Below, piece after piece: positions 1 to 10,257 of a DNA stretch of 64,000 nucleotides (positions are counted from its first letter, which is position 1; the number at the start of each line of letters is the position of its first letter). Below the pieces are notes generated by a model. The model was not told where the DNA came from, did not search any database, and saw nothing but the letters and a program-made list of their open reading frames with translations. The translations under genes and the position numbers were made by a program. Source of the DNA: Promethearchaeota archaeon (lineage in GTDB: Archaea; Asgardarchaeota; Lokiarchaeia; Sigyniarchaeales; SOKP01); assembly GCA_019894975.1 (NCBI GenBank), contig JAGXNO010000003.1, positions 64,001 through 128,000 on the forward strand. The letters run 5' to 3'.

Positions 1-5
1 CCGCT

Positions 6-668
6 GTGGGTGCAGTTGAGTCTACTATGAAACCAGAATTAGGTGGTTTTAAAGCAGTCAAATTAAGAATTGGAAATGGGTTAAAAAAAGATGAGGAATT
101 AATAAGAGAAGTGAGAGATACATTTCCAGAAATTGACATTATGGTTGATGCGAATTCTGCTTATGATTCTGTAAATGAAGCATTAAAATTGGCAAACATT
201 TGTTTTAAATATGATATTACATGGCTAGAGGAACCTATTCCAACTGATAATCTTAATGGATTAGCAAAGATTAGACAAAAATCACCTGTTGAAATAGCGG
301 GAGGAGAAAATGATATGGGAATATTTAGATTTGAAGATGTTCTTTCTAAAGGATGTTTCGATATTATACAACCAGATGTTACCAGAAGTGGGGGTTTTCT
401 ACAAATGAAAAAGATAGATGCTATGGCAGAGGTAAAAGGGGTTAGGTGTATTCCTCATATATTTGGATTTGGTCATATTTTAGCAGCAAACCTTCATTTC
501 ATAATGTCAACGAGATGTGACTGGTGTGAATTTCCCTTTATACCTGATGAATATCAACTTTTAGAAGAACCTATTAGAGCTGAAAATGGTATTGTAAAAG
601 CATTAGAAAAACCTGGTTTAGGCGTGGAAATCAATAAGAAAATGTTTGAAGATAATGTTCTTACTTAA
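6..668 (+). CDS. Mandelate racemase/muconate lactonizing enzyme (enolase superfamily), C-terminal part; 5'-truncated by the window edge
   Basis: KLRIG, MVDAN, WLEEP, GGEN, IIQPD and terminal PGLG motifs. Confidence 0.85.
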   Translation: MGAVESTMKPELGGFKAVKLRIGNGLKKDEELIREVRDTFPEIDIMVDANSAYDSVNEALKLANICFKYDITWLEEPIPTDNLNGLAKIRQKSPVEIAGGENDMGIFRFEDVLSKGCFDIIQPDVTRSGGFLQMKKIDAMAEVKGVRCIPHIFGFGHILAANLHFIMSTRCDWCEFPFIPDEYQLLEEPIRAENGIVKALEKPGLGVEINKKMFEDNVLT

Positions 669-708
669 CTTTCCATGGATCTTTTTTAAATCCATTGAGC
701 ATATTGGT

Positions 709-2685
709 TTAGGACAATTTAATTATCCTTTCTTTTTCTAGATAACTTATCAGTTCTCCGATCTTACTAGGGAGAAGGATTGTGTTATATTCAAGAGACA
801 AGAAGGATGCTACCCTCAAAATAGTAAAACCTTTACATACTAAATTAACAAGTTCACTCATGGATCCCATATACTCAGATTTGAGATTTTTACAAAATTC
901 TTTAAAAATCGGTATGTCAGATAAGGCAAATAATTTATCTACTAATAATGGCCCCTCAAAATTAGGCATATATTTTTGAGTAAATCCCGCTTCTACTATT
1001 TTTAGGTCTTTGTCTTCAATTGTCTCATCAATTTTTTTACTCCATCTTGCACTATGAACTTCAAGTATTTTTGAAATTTCTTCTTTTGCGGAATCTAGCA
1101 AACTGATTACCATAGGGGATGAATCGATATTTTCTATCCACCTCAATACTTCTATTTCATAATTTTGAGAGGTTTGAAGGATATCCCTTCCCAATAATAA
1201 TAATTCGACCAAATCATTTTTAGATAGTTTTTCTTTTTGCAACGTTATATTGACGGTTAAATCTTCTAGCAATTTAATCGTTATTCCCCATCTTTTATAT
1301 ATACCTTGATGAATAATGGGCCATAACTCTAAAAATATATTTTTGTCTAATAATGAGAGAACGTGAGAGATTGATATACTCATTCCAATGACTCTCTTCA
1401 GTTCTGTTGGATCACAGTATTCTACAGTATCCATTGAAGAGTGATAATAGGGATCTTCGTGACCAAACATAATTGAAGGAATCCCGAAATAAAAATCTGA
1501 AAAAAGAACGTGATCACTTCCCCCTTCATAACTTGTTATTTTATAACTCATTGGAACTTTTGTACCATTAATCGCAATCCCATTTGGATTATGAGCTATT
1601 TTTTCGACAAAGAATGTTGCAATATCATTAAGGATTGATGGAGTAGTGCAAGGTGCTAAACATAACTCTAGAGGATATCCAATTTTAAGGCGATGTTCTC
1701 CAATCATATCTAAATTAAGGCAAGCTATCACACTTTTAATCTTATCTTCGTGATACTTCATCCATGGAGCAGTTCCATTGAATTCTGGAACCCATACAAA
1801 TCGTATTGTCTTTCTCGGTTGCTTAATTTTCTTTTCATTGACTAAAATTTTAAATACTCTTGCTAATTCTAATAATCCCGCAGCACCACTTGCATTATCA
1901 TTTGCACCAGGAAATGGGTGACATAGGTGAGCAATTATAATTACTTCTTGCTCAGGATTTTGCTCTCCCTGAATAGAGGTACTAATTACTTCTAGGTTGC
2001 CCTCTGAAAATTCAGCTTTGATTTTTGCATGCGCTTTTACAGATCCTTTTTTCAACAATTCTTTTAAATGCATTGCCTGTTTGTAGGAAATGCTGAATCC
2101 AAATTTTGCTTTATCAATCCTGTCATGTGTTGTGAAGAAACTATTGTAAATTCGTTTATCTAATTGGTCACCTGTTCTCATCAAATCAGGATAATAAATC
2201 ACCCCTAAAGCTCTTGAATTCTCTATGAGAGGATGATACATGTAAGTAGAACTCGACATCAATATCAACTTCCCGTCGATATCCTTATTTTCATAATCCT
2301 CTTTTTTATCCCCTTTTCCTATATCAACTATTTCAGCTATAATATCACATGACTTGGAATGGGTTATAATAGAAGTAGGAATTTCGTTATAATCACAAAG
2401 TTTGATCCTCTCTGGCTCTGTAATCCAAAGCTCAGCAGATTCAATTTCCCATTGATATGCTGGTATGTATCCCCAGATGTCGTTTTTACCATCAGCAGGG
2501 GCCTTAAAGTGTTCAATTTCCCTATATCCAATTCGGTATAATTCTTGTTTTATTATTTCAGCTATTTCATGATAACCATTAGAAGCTTGAATTCTACTAT
2601 GTTGAGAAATCTTAGCGACCCAATCCCATGCTCCTTGACCATTCACTTCAGATAAAATTGTATTAATGTATTTTTCAAAATCCAT
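709..2685 (-). CDS. M28-family aminopeptidase-like protein (DUF4910-like, with PA domain)
   Basis: AHLCH, GANDNASG, WVPEF, NLDMIG, GGSDH and YYHSSMD metal-ligand motifs. Confidence 0.8.
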   Translation of the reverse strand: MDFEKYINTILSEVNGQGAWDWVAKISQHSRIQASNGYHEIAEIIKQELYRIGYREIEHFKAPADGKNDIWGYIPAYQWEIESAELWITEPERIKLCDYNEIPTSIITHSKSCDIIAEIVDIGKGDKKEDYENKDIDGKLILMSSSTYMYHPLIENSRALGVIYYPDLMRTGDQLDKRIYNSFFTTHDRIDKAKFGFSISYKQAMHLKELLKKGSVKAHAKIKAEFSEGNLEVISTSIQGEQNPEQEVIIIAHLCHPFPGANDNASGAAGLLELARVFKILVNEKKIKQPRKTIRFVWVPEFNGTAPWMKYHEDKIKSVIACLNLDMIGEHRLKIGYPLELCLAPCTTPSILNDIATFFVEKIAHNPNGIAINGTKVPMSYKITSYEGGSDHVLFSDFYFGIPSIMFGHEDPYYHSSMDTVEYCDPTELKRVIGMSISISHVLSLLDKNIFLELWPIIHQGIYKRWGITIKLLEDLTVNITLQKEKLSKNDLVELLLLGRDILQTSQNYEIEVLRWIENIDSSPMVISLLDSAKEEISKILEVHSARWSKKIDETIEDKDLKIVEAGFTQKYMPNFEGPLLVDKLFALSDIPIFKEFCKNLKSEYMGSMSELVNLVCKGFTILRVASFLSLEYNTILLPSKIGELISYLEKERIIKLS

Positions 2686-2711
2686 GATTTTAACAAAATT
2701 TTTTGTTCTTA

Positions 2712-4076
2712 TTATAATTTTCTTTCTAGATCATTTCTCCTTTGTAATAGTATCTCTCTACATTCTTTTAGTTCTCGTGGATAATAAAAATATGGAATAA
2801 TCCAAAAAAGAGATCCTAATAACCAAATAATTAAAACTAATAAAATTGCATAAGGTAACAATGATATATTCCTTTCGATCATGGAAGATATCACTAAATT
2901 TCCAATAATACCCCCGAGATTCACCATTAATCCATTCATAGCATTCGCAGTACTTCTAATTTCAGGTAGAGATACCTCTGAATAAATAGCAAATTGATTT
3001 CCAGAGGAGAAAGCTACAAAAAAAAAACCTAAATATCCTATTATCACAAAAAATATCCAGGAAAAAACGACTTGAACTATTGTTTCAGTATAGAATGGTA
3101 TTAAGTAAAATGCAGATAAAAGAGAAATTCCTACAATAAGACCGATTAATGAAACAACAACTCGACCTTTTAACTTTCCGGATCTGAAATACCTATCTCC
3201 TAATCTTCCACCTATAATGGCTCCAAGGAGAGCACCACTTCCAGCTAGAATATAAATAGTTGTGACTATTAGTTCGGCATCCATACTATCTATTTTTATT
3301 GTTAAATAGAAGATTGCCCACATCCCAAGTGTAACATTAGCTATACCTGAGCAGAACACTGAAATTAATATTCCTCCTACTGATCGTGTTCTAAATAGTT
3401 GCTTTAGATTACTGTAAGTTATTTTGTAGTTATAATTTATTTCACCTTTAAAATTCTCAAATTCTGGTTCTGAGCGTAACCGTTCTGGTTCTATAGCTGA
3501 GAAAGTATAAAAGATTAAAGTAAATAATCCGAAAATAAATCCGATACCATAGGCAATTCTCCATCCTAAAGGTCCTGCATAATTTCCTAGCAACCCTCCA
3601 AATATAATCCCCATGCCTGCCCCTAAAGTTAAACTAAATTGCATCATTCCATATTTTTTACCTCTATCTTTAGGTGAATAAAAATCTCCAATCATAGAAA
3701 ATCCAAGAGGTAAAAAAGCTCCAGCTCCAATTGCGCCTACTATAATAAAAAGGAGGTAATAAAAATAATTTAATGATAAGGAAGCTAAACCATAAGTTAA
3801 AATCCATATAAAATTAGTATAGATAAAAATTGTCTTCCTTGAAAATCTTTCTGAGATTTTATCTCCATAATAACCAAATATTAAGATACTAATAATCCCG
3901 ATAATTAATGATGAAACTGAAACTATTCCTATTCCAAATTTTGTTGTTTTAGGAAGATATGCCAATAAATTGCCTATATTCACAGGTAAAATTCCTCCAC
4001 AAAAAAACATCATGAAATAAAGAAGAAAAATCGAGTGGAAAGTTTTCTTTCGGTTAATTTGATAAACTTCACTCAT
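2712..4076 (-). CDS. MFS transporter
   Basis: About 12 hydrophobic segments; GYYGDKISERFSRK and GGRLGDRY loop motifs; GWR motif. Confidence 0.85.
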   Translation of the reverse strand: MSEVYQINRKKTFHSIFLLYFMMFFCGGILPVNIGNLLAYLPKTTKFGIGIVSVSSLIIGIISILIFGYYGDKISERFSRKTIFIYTNFIWILTYGLASLSLNYFYYLLFIIVGAIGAGAFLPLGFSMIGDFYSPKDRGKKYGMMQFSLTLGAGMGIIFGGLLGNYAGPLGWRIAYGIGFIFGLFTLIFYTFSAIEPERLRSEPEFENFKGEINYNYKITYSNLKQLFRTRSVGGILISVFCSGIANVTLGMWAIFYLTIKIDSMDAELIVTTIYILAGSGALLGAIIGGRLGDRYFRSGKLKGRVVVSLIGLIVGISLLSAFYLIPFYTETIVQVVFSWIFFVIIGYLGFFFVAFSSGNQFAIYSEVSLPEIRSTANAMNGLMVNLGGIIGNLVISSMIERNISLLPYAILLVLIIWLLGSLFWIIPYFYYPRELKECREILLQRRNDLERKL

Positions 4077-4224
4077 AATTCAAATGGATCCGCAAATTAT
4101 CCTTTTTTTTGGTTTTACAAATAATAATATTTGAATTTTATCTTATTAGAATGTTTATGTTAAGCAATTTTCATCAAAATAGAGGATAATGATTGAAGTA
4201 ATAGAAAAAATATGAAATTTAATC

Positions 4225-6444
4225 TTATTCAACTTTAATAAACTTCCCAATACCATTTCCAAGGATTTTCAGTGTTTCTTCCTCTAATTCCTCGGGAATA
4301 TGTCTAAACGAAAAATCTTCGAGTGCGGGTAAGAGGTTCTGAAGCGTTACTCTTGTTAGATAGTCTAACTGATCACATAAGGCAATTAGTTGAAAATGAG
4401 TTGAATTCTCTATTAAAATAGCACCCTTACTTACAGTAAAATAATTCACTTGTTGTTGTAACATATATTTCTTCACGTTTATCCAGAGATCAAGAAATCC
4501 TCTAAGATAAATTGAGTCTTGTGTAGAGCCACTCTTTTCATTTTTTAGAATTAATTCCCAGGCCGAATCTTGTGTTCCAATATATAAAGTATGTACTTCA
4601 ATTTTCTTTTTTGACTTTGTTTCCTCAGATTTCCTGAATGTTAATCTTTGAAACATTCTTCGTAATACTGAATCCGCTGATTTTTCAATCACTCCCGTAT
4701 TTAACTGATTTAAATTTACATTAATATCATTTTCAAGACTGGATAAATCAAAATCATGGGCAATTTTTAAAGCTTCTTCGAAATAAAGTCTTGCTTGTTC
4801 TGGTAGCTTACTCTCTGCAGCAAGCAATCCTTTTAGAAGAACTAATCTACAGAGATCCAAATAACTTTGATTTTCGATAGCAATGGTTTTGGCTAAGTCC
4901 AAATGATTGTATGCGTGATTTAAATGCTCTAGATCTCCGCTCTCCTGGAAGAATTTAAAATATCCTTCAGCAAGTCTAATTTCAATATCACTTGCATCTT
5001 CTACAGACTGATTTTTAAACATGATTTCTCTTTCTTCAATAAGGTGATTGATTAATTCTGCCCAGTTTCCGCGTAATTCTCCTTCAATAGCTTGTAGATC
5101 GTGCATAAAAATATCACCTACCGGTGATTCTAAGAAATCGGGATCATTTGGTAAGTTATTTCTCACAAAATCTATTAATTCAAGAGAATCTGTTTTCCCT
5201 GCAATTCTTTTCAGAGTAGAAAGGAGATCGAGTTTATAATAACTTGGAACATTTTCTTCTGATAGTAGTTTTTGACATAATTCTTTTGATTCATCATACC
5301 GTTCAGATATAAATAGTGTTTCAGCAATAATGCTCATTAAAGAGCTTTTTATAAAGAATTCTTCTTGAACGATTGGTAGTTCTAATATGGCTTGTTGACG
5401 TGTTAATGCTTGATCATATAATCCTTTTTTAGATTCCAGTACAGACATATTTGAGGAAACAACTGCATTAGTTCTTTCATCACCTAGTTCCTCGCTAACT
5501 TCTAAAACGATTTCAAAGACTTTTAGAGCTTTATCTAAATCTCCGCTAGATTGGTTAACAGCGGCATAAAAATTTCCTACAACACTTATGATTTCTCTGT
5601 TTTCTAATAATTGTCCAAAATTGAAAACGGGTTCAATATATTCTATAGCTTTGTTTATTTTTCCAAGAAAATATAGTCTAAATCCATAGTACCCCTGCAA
5701 AAGCATTAATCCAGTCCTCATCTCAATGGAAGTTTGATCTCCCCATTCTTCTTGACAATAATCATATAATTCTTCTAAAAGATCGTAAGCACTTAACCGA
5801 AGATAAACTTCAGCTTTTGCAATTGCCGCTTCTAATTGAATTAATGGTGGAGCTGACTTGAAATCAATTCTCTTGGCTATTAATGTAAGTTCTGATGAGG
5901 GAGAAAATCTTGCTTGTAACCTTAAGTATATTAGATAACTCCAAGAGCGTGGATTGTATTTATAGTTTAGAAGATCTTTACCCTTTCCAATGATAAATCC
6001 CCATTTGACCGCTAAAAATGTGAGTAATTGACTATCGGGATTATTCTGCCTCAAATCGATTAAAAACTCAAACCATTCCTCAACATTTTTAATTTTTAAT
6101 CCCGAAGCCGAAGTAAGAATTTTAATTTCTTCTTCATTTGCTAAAGACATGTAAGCCCGAAGTTCTAGGGGAATTAAACGTTGAAGGGTACTCCATAAAT
6201 CAGGAGCACCTCTTTCACTCTTTTTCTCTTTATAATAATCTTTGTGAGCCCGGTAAGCTCCCTTCTCATCGATTACAACCACATTAATATGCAGTGAATC
6301 TGAATCAATAGGATGTCCTACTCTAACAGTAAAGAGTTTTCCAATCATTGGATTACCTGATTCGGATTTATGGATGTAAGAATTAGGATTATTAATATCA
6401 AAGTTGATTTTATGTTCACACATTTTACAACTAATCTCAGTCAT
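4225..6444 (-). CDS. TPR-like helical-repeat protein with N-terminal CxxC/His putative Zn-binding domain
   Basis: N-terminal CKMC...H...H; central TPR-like helices (GDLDKALKVFE, GLYDQAL, EQARLYFEEALKIA). Confidence 0.6.
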   Translation of the reverse strand: MTEISCKMCEHKINFDINNPNSYIHKSESGNPMIGKLFTVRVGHPIDSDSLHINVVVIDEKGAYRAHKDYYKEKKSERGAPDLWSTLQRLIPLELRAYMSLANEEEIKILTSASGLKIKNVEEWFEFLIDLRQNNPDSQLLTFLAVKWGFIIGKGKDLLNYKYNPRSWSYLIYLRLQARFSPSSELTLIAKRIDFKSAPPLIQLEAAIAKAEVYLRLSAYDLLEELYDYCQEEWGDQTSIEMRTGLMLLQGYYGFRLYFLGKINKAIEYIEPVFNFGQLLENREIISVVGNFYAAVNQSSGDLDKALKVFEIVLEVSEELGDERTNAVVSSNMSVLESKKGLYDQALTRQQAILELPIVQEEFFIKSSLMSIIAETLFISERYDESKELCQKLLSEENVPSYYKLDLLSTLKRIAGKTDSLELIDFVRNNLPNDPDFLESPVGDIFMHDLQAIEGELRGNWAELINHLIEEREIMFKNQSVEDASDIEIRLAEGYFKFFQESGDLEHLNHAYNHLDLAKTIAIENQSYLDLCRLVLLKGLLAAESKLPEQARLYFEEALKIAHDFDLSSLENDINVNLNQLNTGVIEKSADSVLRRMFQRLTFRKSEETKSKKKIEVHTLYIGTQDSAWELILKNEKSGSTQDSIYLRGFLDLWINVKKYMLQQQVNYFTVSKGAILIENSTHFQLIALCDQLDYLTRVTLQNLLPALEDFSFRHIPEELEEETLKILGNGIGKFIKVE

Positions 6445-6507
6445 ATGAACACCTCATCTTATTTGGTATTTGGAAGATGAGAGTTTTGATTTAAATGTAT
6501 TACGTCC

Positions 6508-7116
6508 TTAATATTTAGTAAGGAGTTTTTTACCTAAATCTGTAATCTCATCTAATAATTTATCAATCCCTCTTCCATCTAAAGAACAGGTTTCTATATA
6601 TCTTTGAAAATATTTTCTCTTTCCAACTACAGACTCAACTAATTCATCCGATATATTTCTTTCTAGATCTATTTTATTTCCTACAAGGATTAAGCCTATT
6701 TTTCCATTTTTATGTTTATGATCAAGATCCATGAGTTCCATCCAATTATTTAAATTTTCAAAGGATTCATATCGATCTACTGAAAAAACAAAAATATAGA
6801 TATCGATGGATTTTATAACTTGGTCTTTGATAAGATCTAAAGGATGACCACCGGGAGTTCGTTGCCCAGCTAAATCATAACATTGAAAATGTAAATCTTT
6901 ATATGCCCAAGATTCAATTTCCATAAATGGGGTGCGAGTAATTTCTTTTTTATCCAACACTTCTTTAGGATTTGAACCATTTACATTGTCTGTTGTTTTC
7001 TCAATTAGAGCTTGGACTAATGTTGTTTTTCCGACTGCACCATCCCCTACAATAGTCATACGCACTAATTTTCTTGACTTTTTAACTCTTTTTAAAAATT
7101 GAGATAATTTACCCAT
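6508..7116 (-). CDS. Ras/Rab-superfamily small GTPase
   Basis: G1 GDGAVGKT, G3 DLAGQ, G4 NKID, G5-like ETCSL. Confidence 0.9.
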   Translation of the reverse strand: MGKLSQFLKRVKKSRKLVRMTIVGDGAVGKTTLVQALIEKTTDNVNGSNPKEVLDKKEITRTPFMEIESWAYKDLHFQCYDLAGQRTPGGHPLDLIKDQVIKSIDIYIFVFSVDRYESFENLNNWMELMDLDHKHKNGKIGLILVGNKIDLERNISDELVESVVGKRKYFQRYIETCSLDGRGIDKLLDEITDLGKKLLTKY

Positions 7117-7430
7117 ATAAAATACTCCTATCTTGATATATTCAATTTGTTGAAAAGTTATCCCGAAATAAGAAAGTAGATATTCTTCAGATGTTGGTTA
7201 ATAGATTTTAAAGTATGTTTTAAAATATTTGTACGTGTCATCAATAGAAACAATAGATTTATCATTTTATTCATTTGACAAAAACGATTTGATTAGAATT
7301 CTAACGAATCATCAGTAATTTAGAATCATTAATGTAACTGATAACTAAAATAAAGTCAAGTTTGTGGGTTAAAAAACGAATGTGATATTGAAATATATAT
7401 CAAGAATTTTTCCTAAAAATTTCTCCTCAT

Positions 7431-8705
7431 TTAGTTAAAAACAGGTTCAAAATCCAAGTAAAGACTGAATTCCTTTTTTGTTTTATCAAATTCTTGTCTA
7501 GAACTTCTGAAGATGTTAGTCAGAGTATGATAGTTTAGCTCTTGTTTAAATTTTCTATCCCAATTCCACCAATTAGGCAATCCCATGAAGTGTATATTCC
7601 AAAGATACTCCTGTTCTTCTGATGTCCTGCTCCGAATTTCATTTGACAATAAAAGCCAGAATAAAATAAGATTGCTGGATATTTCCTCATCTTCCTTAAT
7701 TGGTCCCCTGAAGAATTTATTAAATGCTAATAACATTAGCATTGCAAGGCCATATTTCATTTGAATTTTTGAAGTATTCGCTAGGTATTTTTTTCGTATA
7801 GCATCCCAACTTATTTCATTGACAATATTCTCTATATCATTATTGATGCTTTCTCGAATTTTATTAAAATAGAATTCTTCTGTTAAATATGGTTGGGTTT
7901 CAATATATTGAAAAATTCGAAGAGCACAGGCAATTCTCCATTCTAACCATTCTTGAGAATATTCGAATGCTAATTTTAATGCTTTTTCTTTATCTGGCCA
8001 TGAGTTTAAGATAAGGCTTAGTTTATTATTTATTTCATCATAGAATTTTACATAATGATCATATATACGAGCATAAGAATAGCCTAGAATATCAATATAA
8101 GTAAAAATTTCTAATGTATCAATAAAACTGTTAATCTTCACTCTATTATCTAGCAAGCTATTAAATTCAGTATCATTTAGGAGGGAATATACTCCATAAA
8201 AAGTAGATTCTCCTGTAAATATTGTTGCAAATAATAGATGGTACTGAATGGTTTTGTTAATTATTACTTTTTCTGTATCAGATAGCTTAAATTGATCAAG
8301 TAATTTCATTTTAGAGATTAGATAATAACTATGGTAAGGATGGTCTTTCTTATCTTCTAATCTACCAATATCATGATACATTAATACGATTGGGAGAATT
8401 ATATTATTTTGAGAATGCAGCTTTAGAAGTTTTTCCCTAATTACATTCAAAGAATCAGGTGAAAGAGTATCGTGTAAGAACTCTCCGTCTAAAATAAGGA
8501 AGAATATTTTAAAGAGTCTAAATATATGTCGTATTGTTCTTTGGAATTCATCCTTTTCACTCAAGCTACCCTCTTGGAATATATTTTCTAAATTTGGGAA
8601 AATAGAGATCAATTGAAAATAAGCTTTTGAATCTGTGATCTCATTAGAGTTGTCGATCCAATCAAGGTCAATATCTATAAATAGCTTGTGGAGAGATTCA
8701 ATCAT
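7431..8705 (-). CDS. HD-superfamily domain protein
   Basis: H...YHDIG...H...H...D pattern. Confidence 0.5.
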   Translation of the reverse strand: MIESLHKLFIDIDLDWIDNSNEITDSKAYFQLISIFPNLENIFQEGSLSEKDEFQRTIRHIFRLFKIFFLILDGEFLHDTLSPDSLNVIREKLLKLHSQNNIILPIVLMYHDIGRLEDKKDHPYHSYYLISKMKLLDQFKLSDTEKVIINKTIQYHLLFATIFTGESTFYGVYSLLNDTEFNSLLDNRVKINSFIDTLEIFTYIDILGYSYARIYDHYVKFYDEINNKLSLILNSWPDKEKALKLAFEYSQEWLEWRIACALRIFQYIETQPYLTEEFYFNKIRESINNDIENIVNEISWDAIRKKYLANTSKIQMKYGLAMLMLLAFNKFFRGPIKEDEEISSNLILFWLLLSNEIRSRTSEEQEYLWNIHFMGLPNWWNWDRKFKQELNYHTLTNIFRSSRQEFDKTKKEFSLYLDFEPVFN

Positions 8706-8707
8706 TA

Positions 8708-9679
8708 TTATAGCACTTTTTCTTCTAATAGGTTAAAAAATGGTTCAATATCGATATTACCACCACTTAAAATGATACCAACTCTTTCATTTTCTACGTG
8801 AATCTTATTTCCAAGCAAAGCTGCTAAGGGCACTGCTCCTGAAGGTTCAACTATAATTTTCATCCGTTGCCAAAGAAATTTCATAGCGTCGATAATTTCA
8901 ATTTCAGAAACAGTTAGTATATGGTTAACGTATTTTCGAATTATATTAAATGTCCTTTCGCAAATAGAGGTACGTAATCCGTCTGCGATAGTATTTGGAT
9001 ATGTACTGGGAACGATATAACCTGCTTGAATAGATCTATAAGCATCATCTGCTATTGAAGGCTCTACGCCAACAATTTGAGCATTTGGGCATAATTCTTT
9101 AGTTGCAAGAGCAGTACCACTTAATAATCCTCCACCTCCAAGTGGAGCAATTATCAGATCGAGATCTCCTATCTCTTTTATTAATTCATAAGCTGCAGTT
9201 CCTTGGCCACATATTACGTCGTAATTATCATAAGGGTGAATTAGAACATATTGATGACTTTTAATTAATTTTTCAGTGATTTGAGATCGAGCTATTAGAG
9301 TATTATCACAAAATACAACAGTAGCACCATATCCTTTAGTAGCATCAATCTTATTAGGGGGGGCTCCTTTAGGCATTACAATAGTAGCTTTAATCCCTAG
9401 TATCGACGCTGCAAGAGCAACCGCTTGAGCATGATTTCCACTCGAATGTGTAATGACACCACGTTTTTTATCTTTTTCAGAAAGTAAACTTAATGCGTTA
9501 TAAGCCCCACGGAATTTAAAAGCCCCAACTCTTTGGAAATTTTCGCATTTAAAATAAATATCTGCTTTTATTATGGAATTTAATGTCCTTGAATTCATAA
9601 CAGCAGTGTTATTGACGATACCACTATTCCTTTTGAAAGCTTGTTCTATTCCTTGAAATGACATCAGTATTTGTTTCAA
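8708..9679 (-). CDS. PLP-dependent serine/threonine dehydratase (serine racemase-like)
   Basis: FKCENFQRVGAFKFRGA, SSGNHAQA, GGGGLLSG, EPSGA and SGGN motifs. Confidence 0.9.
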   Translation of the reverse strand: MKQILMSFQGIEQAFKRNSGIVNNTAVMNSRTLNSIIKADIYFKCENFQRVGAFKFRGAYNALSLLSEKDKKRGVITHSSGNHAQAVALAASILGIKATIVMPKGAPPNKIDATKGYGATVVFCDNTLIARSQITEKLIKSHQYVLIHPYDNYDVICGQGTAAYELIKEIGDLDLIIAPLGGGGLLSGTALATKELCPNAQIVGVEPSIADDAYRSIQAGYIVPSTYPNTIADGLRTSICERTFNIIRKYVNHILTVSEIEIIDAMKFLWQRMKIIVEPSGAVPLAALLGNKIHVENERVGIILSGGNIDIEPFFNLLEEKVL

Positions 9680-9734
9680 ATACTACTAAATTATAATTTT
9701 AAAAATCTTTCAAAGATTAAATTTTATTAGATAT

Positions 9735-10257
9735 TTACTCTAGATTTAGTCGCAATTCAAGGTCTCCCACCTTTAATTTATTCCCAGTCGGTTCAAAACC
9801 TAATCTTTTGTAAAATTCAAGTGCTTTTTTGTTTTCAGGCAAGGTATATACAATCAATTGTCTTGCGTTATATTTGGATTTTACGTGTTCAAATATCTTT
9901 TTGCATAGCTTTTTTACCATATCCCTTTTCTTGATATTTATCTGCGATCATAAATCTCCAGATGTAGAGAAAAGGTTTAAAATGCTTTATAATCTTATAC
10001 TTCAGAGCATTATCTCCAAGCATTACAAATCCAATTGGAATTTCACCCAAATATATTGCACGCATCCATGCTTCTCTGTAAAAATAAGCATCTGCCATAG
10101 ACACAGCATTAGAAGCAATAAAAAACCTCTGTTTTGGTTTTACTTCTATTCTTGTAATTTCACGATAATTACGTCTAGTAATTCTCCGTAAAGTAATCAC
10201 TTTGTTATCATTCAAGGGTGTGTTTTCCTCTGTCATACTTAGAATAAACCATTTCAT
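9735..10257 (-). pseudogene. GNAT N-acetyltransferase split by a single-base frameshift (pseudogene, sequencing error or slippage)
   Basis: Motif A YQEKGYGKKAM lies in 9889..10257, while motif B PENKKALEFYKRLGF lies in 9735..9920. Removing one A from the A5 run (plus-strand T run 9898-9902) fuses them. Confidence 0.75.
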
